From contig JBKHIT010000011.1 in assembly GCA_046538485.1 (NCBI GenBank), forward strand, positions 1 through 64,000: a stretch of DNA of 64,000 nucleotides, written 5' to 3'. Below the pieces are notes generated by a model that saw only the letters and a program-made list of their open reading frames with translations, ran no database searches and was not told the DNA's origin. A program made the translations under genes and the position numbers. This document shows, piece by piece, positions 1 to 8,651 of this stretch. Positions within the stretch are counted from its first letter, which is position 1; every line of letters starts with the position of its first letter. The DNA comes from Candidatus Brocadiia bacterium (lineage in GTDB: Bacteria > Planctomycetota > Brocadiia > SM23-32).

Positions 1-36
1 GTTTACGACTCGGTGCTCTATCACGACAATTCACGC

Positions 37-292
37 CGTAGCCCGGGGTGCGCCCCGTCGTTTGAGCAAACCCCGGGATCTCGGGCATCGCATATAATTT
101 CCAAGCCCCAACGGGGCGGTGCAGGGGGTTCGCGGGTTCATCGTATTTGTGTGTTCGCATTTTGTGTTTTGCGTTCACCATGTTTCTCTCTGCGTCGCCC
201 CTTCGGGGCTCTAAAACTATGGGAAAATCCTTTCTCCCCCGGGCTCACTTTGTTCACCCGGGGCTACGTCTGCGTCGCCCACTTCGTGGGCT
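37..292. repeat. REP/REPIN-like palindromic array, copy 1
   Basis: GTAG (38-41) followed by hairpin CCCGGGG...CCCCGGG (42-77); short palindromes GCCCCAACGGGGC, GCCCCTTCGGGGC and GCCCACTTCGTGGGC; inverted GTAG unit (CTAC 264-267). Clearly homologous to 797-1179 and 2903-3187. Confidence 0.9.
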
Positions 293-306
293 TTGCGATT
301 GTAAGG

Positions 307-756
307 TTATTCACAGAATACGTACCGTTCATCGTATTCCATTCCGTGTTTTTCCAGCAGGGCAATGAATTCTTCTTCAAAACCTCTTGATTTGTGATGT
401 TTCTCCTGGTTACGCACATACTTGGCGACATCCGGCACTCTCGAGGCGCTGACAGTGAATGCTCCGTATCCGGACTGCCAGGACATATCCTTCAAGTTCG
501 GAAATTCCCTGTGTATCCATCCCGATGATTTTGATTTCAATTGTCCCATCACGTCCGACATATTGAATACGGGCCTTATATCGCAGAGCACATGAACGTG
601 ATGGTCCACCCCTCCAACTTCGCGTGCAAAACCAAATTCCTCGTTGATGATTTCTGCGATGTATGCGTGTAATCGGTCGCGCATATCGTCATACAATGCC
701 GCGATACGGCCTTTCGTGCTCCAGACTCCGTGGTAGGTCAGTTTAGTGTAGGACAT
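307..756 (-). CDS. tnpA: Y1 HUH tyrosine transposase, IS200/IS605 TnpA family, probably REP-associated (RAYT-like), 149 aa
   Basis: MSYTKLTYHGVWSTKGR start; HUH motif DHHVHVL; WQSGYGAF; catalytic YxxxQ (YVRNQ); AAGGA SD before ATG at 756; palindromic arrays on both sides; no tnpB. Confidence 0.92.
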   Translation of the reverse strand: MSYTKLTYHGVWSTKGRIAALYDDMRDRLHAYIAEIINEEFGFAREVGGVDHHVHVLCDIRPVFNMSDVMGQLKSKSSGWIHREFPNLKDMSWQSGYGAFTVSASRVPDVAKYVRNQEKHHKSRGFEEEFIALLEKHGMEYDERYVFCE

Positions 757-791
757 GAGGTTCCTTTCGGTAACAATCAATGTATGGGTAT

Positions 792-820
792 ATTTTAGCC
801 CCTGAAAGGGGCGATGGCAG
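792..820 (-). promoter_or_regulatory. Putative sigma70-type promoter of tnpA overlapping the REP hairpin
   Basis: Minus strand CTGCCA-N17-TAAAAT; the spacer is occupied by the GCCCCTTTCAGGGGC palindrome. Confidence 0.4.
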
Positions 821-1179
821 ACGTAGCCCGGGGTGCGCCCGTCGTTTGGGCAAACCCCGGGATCTCGGGCATCGCACACAATTTCTAAGCCCCAACGGGG
901 CGGTGCAGGGTGTTCGCGGGTTCATCGTATTTGTGTGTTCGCATTTCGGGTTTTGCGTTCATCATGTTTCCCTCTGCGTCGCCCCCGTTGGGGGCTCTGG
1001 GATTTTTGGGGGGGGGCTCCTGGTCCCGGAGTTTGCGCGCCAGACAGCGGCGCGGCTGCGCACCGGGCTACGTCTGCTCCGCCCCCGTTCGGGGGCTTTA
1101 AAACTATGGGAAAATCCTTTCTCCCCCGGGCTCACTTTGTTCACCCGGGGCTACGTCTGCGTCGCCCACTTCGTGGGCT
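797..1179. repeat. REP/REPIN-like palindromic array, copy 2 (longest)
   Basis: AGCCCCTGAAAGGGGC hairpin, GTAG (823-826) hairpin unit, then two inverted GTAG units (CTAC at 1068-1071 and 1151-1154); 1099-1179 is identical to 212-292. Confidence 0.92.
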
Positions 1180-1265
1180 ATCTCGCAACCGCGCCTGAGG
1201 CGGGCAAGCTCTCTCAACTCTCTCCAGCGCTTCAATCCGTTCACTCTCAACTGCCGTTATGCCGT

Positions 1266-1589
1266 TCACACGTGCTGCAGGTTCGGATCGTCGGCAATCT
1301 CCGGGATTCGCCGGCCGAGATACGGGAGTTCGGGTAGCCCGTGCCGACGACGCAGCAGGTGGTAGGCGGGCGAGGTGAGCATCCGGCAGGCGTCGACCGC
1401 TTTCCGCCAGTGGGGCCGGCTGACCTCCTTCACCACCTCCGGATCCGGCAGACGGCCGAAATCCCAGGCGCCACACAAGCGCACCAGGAAGTCGATTTTC
1501 CTCTCCATCGTGTCCAGTCGACGAGGCGTGGGCTGATCGGGATACAGCGCACCATTGATCACTTTCTTTTTATCCTCTTCACTGTCCAT
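1266..1589 (-). CDS. Hypothetical protein (107 aa), candidate partner/antitoxin of the upstream nucleotidyltransferase
   Basis: Start overlaps the 3' end of the AbiEii-like gene by 11 nt; protein-like composition; no family recognised. Confidence 0.7.
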   Translation of the reverse strand: MDSEEDKKKVINGALYPDQPTPRRLDTMERKIDFLVRLCGAWDFGRLPDPEVVKEVSRPHWRKAVDACRMLTSPAYHLLRRRHGLPELPYLGRRIPEIADDPNLQHV

Positions 1590-2298
1590 TTTTCACCAAC
1601 ACCTCCCGGAACCACTCCCGCGTTGTCGCTGCCTCTGCCCGTGCATCGTCGTCCTCAATACCATCCAGCGGTCGCTGGATTGCGATCCTCTCCAGATGCG
1701 TTTCCACTGCCAGCCGGGCCCGTTGCATATCGGTATCGCTGCCGCTACGCTTCTGCCGTTCCTGCCATAACTTCCAGCATTTCTCAGCCGTGGTCAGACC
1801 AGCTGTGCAAGCAGTATAGATATCCCGAAAATCACGCGGAGCACCACGCTCCACCAGTGCCACCATTTTGGAGGCCAAAATATCATCCAGGCTGTCCACG
1901 GGCACATGCACCCAGTCCGCTCTCACGGACTCAGACAGCTGCGCGGACCGCCGCGCGATCTGGAAGCTGAAGACGGTATCGCCCTCTTTCTTTAATTCTA
2001 GGCTTGTTACTTCGCCCCACCGGTTAACATCCACCTCTCCGTCCTCTTCCAGAGTCCCCCTCACACAGGCAACAACTCCGCGCATCGCCTCTTCGGTCGC
2101 CTCCGGGGTCCACCAGGCATCCACGTCATGAGTCGTACGGTAATCCAGGTAGTGCAACAACCCCAATCCCCCGCCCACCGAGATACACCCGGCCAGCCCC
2201 GCATCTTCGAGAGCCTCCAGAGATTTTTGCGCAAAACGAGAAAGATGGGTCGGTCGTTGTGGCTCTCTGTTTGTTCCAGCATCCCCGAACATCGGCAT
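1579..2298 (-). CDS. AbiEii/AbiGii-family nucleotidyltransferase toxin
   Basis: Motifs GGGLGLLHYLDYRTTHDVD, ILASKMVAL and R-x-x-x-RDFRDIY, typical of DUF1814/AbiEii NTases; the start could be 2292 (GGAG SD). Confidence 0.85.
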   Translation of the reverse strand: MPMFGDAGTNREPQRPTHLSRFAQKSLEALEDAGLAGCISVGGGLGLLHYLDYRTTHDVDAWWTPEATEEAMRGVVACVRGTLEEDGEVDVNRWGEVTSLELKKEGDTVFSFQIARRSAQLSESVRADWVHVPVDSLDDILASKMVALVERGAPRDFRDIYTACTAGLTTAEKCWKLWQERQKRSGSDTDMQRARLAVETHLERIAIQRPLDGIEDDDARAEAATTREWFREVLVKNGQ

Positions 2299-2320
2299 CT
2301 CCGCTGTTTGTGTATGTCGA

Positions 2321-2689
2321 CTACGAATATTGTATGAGCACCCATTTAATTTGCCAACTATATGCTGCCGCCGAAGAGGCCAGAGCCGCGTCTTTATCGT
2401 GCCGCGAGACGAACAGCGCGTAATCGGCGATTTCGTTGCGGTCGCGACGCCGGAAGGTGAGCTGTGTTTCGAACTTCCATCCCAGCAGTCTGAGGGCCAG
2501 CTGGATGAACTCGTCTTCGGTCTGGGCCTCGTTGCGGGTGGAAAGGATGGAACGTTTGTCGTTCAGCAATTCGATAAGGTCGCTTCGAGTATCGCTGTAA
2601 TCTTTCTGCCATTCGCCGCGTTCCGGCAGGAGTTTGTCCAGGTAATAATCCGAGAACAGTCCGTAATTCCTCGTAACAGCTGAATCCAT
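2321..2689 (-). pseudogene. 5' fragment of a large type IIG/IIL-like restriction-modification gene
   Basis: Good SD (AGGAGG); GLFSDYYLD...NEAQTEDEFI...LLGW...DYALF resembles the N-terminal nuclease region of fused R-M enzymes. The resemblance stops near 2380, before the expected (D/E)xK motif, and the frame then runs through the toxin promoter. Confidence 0.6.
2329..2357 (-). promoter_or_regulatory. Putative sigma70 promoter of the AbiEii-like operon
   Basis: Minus strand TTGGCA-N17-TACAAT about 30 nt upstream of the toxin start. Confidence 0.55.
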
Positions 2690-2902
2690 CCGAACAGCGC
2701 CCTCCTGACGTTTGTTTCGTAAGGTGTTGGTATTATATGGCGGGAGAGACGCGAATTAAACCGGAGGGGGAACGGCGGAACGGGAAGGCATAAGTGAACC
2801 GAGGAACATCCGGGAGACAGTTTTGAGTTTCCACGAGAAACCAGCACCCACGAACAACAACGGACAGATCACCACGAAGGGCACGACGAATGGCATTTTT
2901 TC

Positions 2903-3187
2903 AGCCGCTACGGGGCGTCCTCAGACGTAGCCCGGGGTGCGCCCCGTCGTTTGGGCAAACCCTGGGATCTCGGGCATCCCACACAATTTCCAAGCCCCAA
3001 CGGGGCGGTGCAGCGGGTTCACGGGTTCATCATATTTGTGTGATCGTGTTTTGTTCATCGTGTTTCCCTCTGCATCGCCCCTTCGGGGCTATCTTTGGTT
3101 GGGTACACTTTTCATCCCGGAGCTTGCGCGCCACACGACGGCGCGGCTACGCACCGGGCTACGTCTGCATCGCTCCCGTTGGGGGCT
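2903..3187. repeat. REP/REPIN-like palindromic array, copy 3
   Basis: GTAG at 2927-2930 with the same hairpin unit; inverted unit with CTAC at 3159-3162; right arm 3116-3187 matches 1025-1097. Confidence 0.9.
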
Positions 3188-3250
3188 CTAACGACGGGAG
3201 GTGGTTGTTGCTGAAAGCTGCTGAAATTTTTGTCCCCTCTCCCCGGGGAG

Positions 3251-6200
3251 TCAATCCCCGAGCAACAGGTCCTCGATCTCTTCCTCGTCCATCTCCTCCT
3301 GCTCCCCCTCAAGATCCTGCATGCTGCCCTCGACATCCGGCATGCCGCCTTCGGGCCTGCCTTTCCCGCAAAAAACAGCATACCCCCAAAGATGCGGCTT
3401 CAGACGGGCTTCCAGCGCCTCGTCGCTCGTCCCGTTCGCCAGTTTGTTCGTCCAGTAAAGCCGTTGTTGAACCCCGAAGCCACCTTTGCTGATCAGCACT
3501 CCCCAATCCAGCTTCACACGCATGCCCTTCCGCGGCCTCAAACCCAATTTCTCAAGCTCAATACGGGCCTCGACCACGCCCCCCTGTCTTTTCACAACCG
3601 GATTCTCAAGTCGCACCACCCGGTCAAACGACGTCGTGCCCATCGCCGCCGTGTGCGTCTTCCAGGATTCCGACTCCGGCGCATCCGGCGCCACGGGCTC
3701 ATACAAAACCACTTCAGGCCGGTCCTCAACGTAGGTAATGAGAAGCCGAACGTCGCCTTTGGCTGGACGTTTCCGGCCGGGGTCGGCGCCCGGATCGGTC
3801 TGAAGTTTGAGATCAAGACATCCCCCGGTCTTGAAATAGCGTTGGAATTTGCCCCCTGTGTTTTTCAGGGACCCCACGCCCTGCCAGCACAGGTAAAGGT
3901 AACGGTTGTCGTGGGCCATGCCGAACTTCATTTTCTCCCGCCCCGGCATGGAACTCAGAGAACTCCACTCACCTTCGGATACTTCGCCGTCGACTCGCGG
4001 GGGTTTTTCCGGGCGACAACAGTACACCACCGGGGCGCGGCTTCTGATCTCGCGCCGGGCACGGGCGATTTCCCGTTTCCTCTGCCGGCGAATGGCCTCC
4101 GCGCTCACCTCGATCATGCCGGAACGGCGGGTGAATTTCTCGATACCCAGCACCTCGATAATGTTGATCTGGTTGTGACCGGCGATCGCAAAATAGCGTC
4201 CATCGGACGTCTGCGTGAAATACCCGTGGAAATGTTCCTGCCCCGTGGTAATTGGATCCATTCGGCGCATCCGTTCGGCCGTTTTTCTGGCCGAGAACGG
4301 CTGAGATTCAGGGTCGAATTTATGACGGAAAATCGGCCCCGCCAGGAATCCATCGGCCGTCCAGATGTTCCACTGGCCGGTATTGGAATGAACCACCACA
4401 AACTCGCCGAGATCGCCTTTTTCGGGGGTGCCGCGCCCGATAACGCTGAACTGATGGGCCACGTAGCCGGGGATCCACGGTTCCACGTGCAGCCCGGACC
4501 ACCCGACTGTCCGGTAGCGCCACTGGACTTCGCCCTCGGGATCGCGCACGTGGCATTCCAGTCCGCCATGATTGGCGCCCCGACCTCCCGGATGAACACC
4601 CCTGTGGGAGTAACCGCCATGGGGGTGCGCCGCCGGAGCTTCCATATCGAAGACCCGCCCGTCGCTGAACCGAAAACATCCCGGTGCCGGAGATTCCATC
4701 CGTTCGTAGATCGGCGTCCCGTCATCGAGCCATTCTTTCACGCGATACGTTACGGGCCCGGCCAGACAATTCAGCTCGGAATCGAACCAGGAAATCGGAT
4801 CGTGGTCCCGACCCGAACCGACAATCGTCAGCTCGACCTCCGCCGGGTCGACTTCCCCGTCGCCATTCCGGTCGCACCAGATGAACCGGTGCTGGGCCGG
4901 CACGCGACCGCCTTTCATCAAAGCCAGAATGTCGGGATCTCTGAATTCGGACCACGCCGACGCGTTCCCGAAAGCCGCCACTGCGCGGGCGCGGACTTCT
5001 TCGGAATCGTAAAGGTAAACAGCCCCCAACGACTGTTCCTTGTTATTCATCAAAGGCGCGCTCACCAGATACATCCGGCCGTCTTTTTTGATCGGCACGA
5101 CATCGTTGCGTCGACCACGTGTATGCATTCGGTCGCGCAACAACCCCTTGATTCCGGTTTTGCCGGACTGCCAGTCGAGCCGAAAGACGCATTTTCCGAA
5201 GAACACTTGCGATTTATCGTACGGGTTAAGCGCCCCACCGCCCCCGTAGAATGTATTCCCGGTGAATTCTTTTACGAAACGTCCGTCGGTTTTGTACTGG
5301 ATGACCCGGCGGGGTTTGTCCTCGCTTTCGACGACCCACAGGCTTTTCGCGGAATCCACGAAGAGCGCCGAGACCCGTCCGAATCGCTTGGGATCCCACC
5401 GGCCCGGTTTCAATCCTCCCCTGTGCCCGATCGATCTGATGAATTTGCCACTTGAATCATAAACCCGGATCCTCTGTTGGGGGTAGCCATGAAAGACGTA
5501 GAACTGGCCATCGGGGGCTGCTTCCAGACAGCGAGGATTCTGGAGCTTTCCGCTCACCGGGGTCGCTTCGCCCGTCCGTCTATCGACCCGGCATATGCGT
5601 GCGTTGTTCAAGCTGTACAGCCTGCCGTCCGGGCCGAAAGAGAAACTTCCCCCGGGGAACTCCTCCGTTTCCTTTTCGAGTTTGCCACTCTTGCCGTTGT
5701 AGACGCAGAAACGCCGGTATTGAACGGTATCGACGGGTGGTTCACCGCCGAGATAGACGAGCGGAGCCACGCCCCAGATCCGGCATCGGGTGGTATCCAG
5801 TGACATGCCGCCCCGATCTTCTCGCAGCCCGTAGGGACGGTGCGGACCGTGATCGTACCATTGTTTCACGACGCGGAGTCGCACGGCCCGGGTCTTTTCG
5901 ACCCCATGGAAATCGGCGTAGCCGTCCATGTAACGCGCCAGGTGGTTCCGGGCGAAACTGGGTTCGTACCAGAAACGACGTTTCTGGCGGTAGGTTGCGA
6001 CTTCGCGCCAGTGGGAATCGCCCCGCATTTCGATCGGCGTCTCCGATGGCCCGTCCCAGACATCGATTTTTGTAACGGCGCCGTCCATATCTTTGATGGC
6101 CAGCCCGCAGAGTTCTTTAGGTCGATCCCATTCCATCAGGTAGATGGCCGGATTCTTTTCGCTCAACGGTTGGTCTCGTTCGGCTTCCCAGACGCCCTGT

Positions 6201-8629
6201 TCGGTGACGGTTCCCGAGCTGACGCGGACTTTTGCGGATTCGAAGACGTTTTTTACGCGCCGCCGCAGAATTTTGAGTCCGGCCAGATGCGCCTGCCAGC
6301 GGTCGGTCTGGCCGAGTCCAATTCCTTCGTCTCTTTTCTCATCGACGCCGAGTCCATCGGGCCGGGTGGCGCCGACCGCGTCTCCGCCACCGTCCCCGGC
6401 CATGATATCGCTCAGTTCGTCGCCCGGTTTCGAAATCCGGATTCTCAACGCTCTCGTGCGGGTGGATTTCGGGGCGGGGATGACGTCCCAACCGCCTTCG
6501 TTCTGCACCGGGAAAGGTTCCCAGTGTTTGTCTTTCCCGGCCCGGGGAGGGTAAGCGGCATCCGGTTTCAGGGCGCTGACCTGAATCTCAAGGTTCCCGC
6601 CGATATGCGGGAAAGCGACGCTTCCGACGGGGACCGGTTTTTTGAACGCGACCAGAATGTCCTGGTGGCGCGAACGCCGCTCCGTGGAATCGATATACAT
6701 CGGCCACCGATCGGAATGGCGACCCTGTCCGGGCGGGTCGCTCTGGAGTCGGAGGAGTCTCAAGAACTCCGCCCGTGGGTTGGCCGGCACGCGTTCTTCG
6801 GGTTTTTCGGGCACTTCCTCCGGGTAACTCGGTATGCAATGGTCGTGGTCCACCATAGAGGCCGTGGTGGCGTTCTCAAGAAAAGGAGCGGGACGGCTGA
6901 AAGACGTGTAGACTTTGTTCTCCCACGCAGCAAAGCCCCGCAGCCGCCCCGATCGATTCGCGCTTCCGTAGCGGAAAATCTGTTGTATCCGGTGTCCGTC
7001 TTCAGGATCGAGTCGGAAGACTTTCCTCCGGGCCTCGATGAAGACGGCTTCTTTGCTCGCCGCCAGCTTGCGCGGTCCCGTCCAGGGGCCGAAATCGTGC
7101 CGCCCCCAGAGTTTCTTGCCGCTGAGTTCGCATTCGATGAAAGCCACGCCGCCTTCCGCGCATCCGGCCCCGAAATACACTTTATCTCCCCGCGTCGTCC
7201 CGCAGTTGATACAGGCGTGATCCGCCAGCCATCCGTCCCGCCCCGAATGGCCCCGCAACCACGGAGTGCGATCCGAAAAATAGTTGCCGATATTCGGATA
7301 CGGGGTCATCTGGTAGCGCAGTTCAAGCGGAGGCGCGCTCAGCGATTCCCATTCGTAGCGTCCGGGTTTCACGCGAATCCCCTGATCGTCACGCAGATCC
7401 CACACTTCCGAATTTGATCCTTCCGCCCGCATCTGCTGTGCCACCAGATAGCGGACGTGATTTCCCTGTTCATCTTTGATTCGGAAACTCAGAAGGCCGT
7501 TTCGCGGAATTTCATGTTCGATTTCAAAGGGAGGCACGGACGTGCGTTGCATTTTCGGGACGGGCCGGTCTCCCAGATATGCCAGCGCGTGGAATGCCTG
7601 AATCCGGGCGACCGCATCGTTATCGTCGCGCTCCTGGGGCCGGATCTTCAGTATTTTGAGTTTAAGCGCTGTCGTTTCGACGGGTTTCAGGGCAATTTGA
7701 TGGCCGGCACGGGTCTTTTTCACGTCCGGGGGGCGCAACCGATCCCAGTCATCGTCCGAGGCCACGGCCGGATTGGCGGCGGGATTTCCGGTGTAGGTGT
7801 AGAGTTTGTAATCGACGGCGTTGCTCGAGAGAAAAATCCCGTCGATTCTCCGGGCCTTGTCCCAGCTCAAGATGTAAAAAGAGGGATTGATCTCGCTGAC
7901 CGGTGCGCGCAGGATTTTGCCGGAGGTGCGCGAATGTTCCTCGGGATCCGGACGCGTATTGACCCAGGTCCGGCCCGCCGGAAGAGCGTTCGCGGACGAT
8001 CCGAACGGCGCATCTTCGGCTGTCCCCACCGCGGCAGGCGTCAGAGTGTGAAGACGGTTCTTGAAAAACAGCCAGTGATCGAGCCGGGAACGTCCATGGC
8101 GGCGGGTATCGGTGAAAAGAAACGCCCGGGTTTTCGTCTCCGGCGGAAAAGTGAACCATCGCAGTCCCTCGCGCTGTCGGCCGAGGTTCGCCTTTTCCCA
8201 TTGACTTTCATCGTCAGGGTCAGGATCCCCCTTCACTCCTCCTTTCAGGTAACGGATTTCTCCGCCATTGCTCGACCAGCGAGGTGGAGAACTGACGACC
8301 ATGGAACCCACGGTGGTTTGCTTCTTAAGAACGAGGAGATAATGCCCCGTGCGGCATCGTTGGAGGGCCCAACCTTCGCGCCGTCTGCTGAAACCCAGTG
8401 TCGTTTCGAGTTCCTCGGGGTTCGGTTTGACGGTCTCCCCGTCTTTAATTCCCCGGGTTTCTTCGCGGTCGACCGCCCCCATACGGAACGCTCGTTTGAA
8501 TAGGGTCTCATCGGCCCTGACAGCATTTGCCGCAAAAAGCAGAATGAATGTTGTTATCGAGAAAGCGACCTGTCGGCTAAACCACCAGCTTCTCGACGGG
8601 AGATGGTTCCTCAACATTTCGATTTTCAT
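3251..8629 (-). CDS. Giant secreted protein (1792 aa): FlgD-like Ig domain, NHL/beta-propeller repeats, C-terminal CBM9/DOMON-like domain
   Basis: Signal peptide ending AVRA-D; FlgD-like IKDEQGNHVRYL...WDLRDDQG...PGRY; NHL-like repeats; DRNGDG motif; PPRVDGEVSEGEW...LYLC CBM9-like region; acidic tail. Confidence 0.85.
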   Translation of the reverse strand: MKIEMLRNHLPSRSWWFSRQVAFSITTFILLFAANAVRADETLFKRAFRMGAVDREETRGIKDGETVKPNPEELETTLGFSRRREGWALQRCRTGHYLLVLKKQTTVGSMVVSSPPRWSSNGGEIRYLKGGVKGDPDPDDESQWEKANLGRQREGLRWFTFPPETKTRAFLFTDTRRHGRSRLDHWLFFKNRLHTLTPAAVGTAEDAPFGSSANALPAGRTWVNTRPDPEEHSRTSGKILRAPVSEINPSFYILSWDKARRIDGIFLSSNAVDYKLYTYTGNPAANPAVASDDDWDRLRPPDVKKTRAGHQIALKPVETTALKLKILKIRPQERDDNDAVARIQAFHALAYLGDRPVPKMQRTSVPPFEIEHEIPRNGLLSFRIKDEQGNHVRYLVAQQMRAEGSNSEVWDLRDDQGIRVKPGRYEWESLSAPPLELRYQMTPYPNIGNYFSDRTPWLRGHSGRDGWLADHACINCGTTRGDKVYFGAGCAEGGVAFIECELSGKKLWGRHDFGPWTGPRKLAASKEAVFIEARRKVFRLDPEDGHRIQQIFRYGSANRSGRLRGFAAWENKVYTSFSRPAPFLENATTASMVDHDHCIPSYPEEVPEKPEERVPANPRAEFLRLLRLQSDPPGQGRHSDRWPMYIDSTERRSRHQDILVAFKKPVPVGSVAFPHIGGNLEIQVSALKPDAAYPPRAGKDKHWEPFPVQNEGGWDVIPAPKSTRTRALRIRISKPGDELSDIMAGDGGGDAVGATRPDGLGVDEKRDEGIGLGQTDRWQAHLAGLKILRRRVKNVFESAKVRVSSGTVTEQGVWEAERDQPLSEKNPAIYLMEWDRPKELCGLAIKDMDGAVTKIDVWDGPSETPIEMRGDSHWREVATYRQKRRFWYEPSFARNHLARYMDGYADFHGVEKTRAVRLRVVKQWYDHGPHRPYGLREDRGGMSLDTTRCRIWGVAPLVYLGGEPPVDTVQYRRFCVYNGKSGKLEKETEEFPGGSFSFGPDGRLYSLNNARICRVDRRTGEATPVSGKLQNPRCLEAAPDGQFYVFHGYPQQRIRVYDSSGKFIRSIGHRGGLKPGRWDPKRFGRVSALFVDSAKSLWVVESEDKPRRVIQYKTDGRFVKEFTGNTFYGGGGALNPYDKSQVFFGKCVFRLDWQSGKTGIKGLLRDRMHTRGRRNDVVPIKKDGRMYLVSAPLMNNKEQSLGAVYLYDSEEVRARAVAAFGNASAWSEFRDPDILALMKGGRVPAQHRFIWCDRNGDGEVDPAEVELTIVGSGRDHDPISWFDSELNCLAGPVTYRVKEWLDDGTPIYERMESPAPGCFRFSDGRVFDMEAPAAHPHGGYSHRGVHPGGRGANHGGLECHVRDPEGEVQWRYRTVGWSGLHVEPWIPGYVAHQFSVIGRGTPEKGDLGEFVVVHSNTGQWNIWTADGFLAGPIFRHKFDPESQPFSARKTAERMRRMDPITTGQEHFHGYFTQTSDGRYFAIAGHNQINIIEVLGIEKFTRRSGMIEVSAEAIRRQRKREIARARREIRSRAPVVYCCRPEKPPRVDGEVSEGEWSSLSSMPGREKMKFGMAHDNRYLYLCWQGVGSLKNTGGKFQRYFKTGGCLDLKLQTDPGADPGRKRPAKGDVRLLITYVEDRPEVVLYEPVAPDAPESESWKTHTAAMGTTSFDRVVRLENPVVKRQGGVVEARIELEKLGLRPRKGMRVKLDWGVLISKGGFGVQQRLYWTNKLANGTSDEALEARLKPHLWGYAVFCGKGRPEGGMPDVEGSMQDLEGEQEEMDEEEIEDLLLGD

Positions 8630-8651
8630 TGCATTCGATGAATAAATTGAG

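Noticed and set aside
307..1265. IS605/IscB-type element with TnpB and guide RNA
   Set aside because: No RuvC/HNH nuclease ORF next to tnpA.
37..3187. CRISPR-array interpretation of the repeats
   Set aside because: Units occur in inverted orientation with homologous rather than unique spacers and irregular periodicity; no cas genes.
13..3492. ORFs 13-390, 780-1337, 833-1198 and 2890-3492 with mutually similar translations
   Set aside because: They are translations of the palindromic repeats, not genes.
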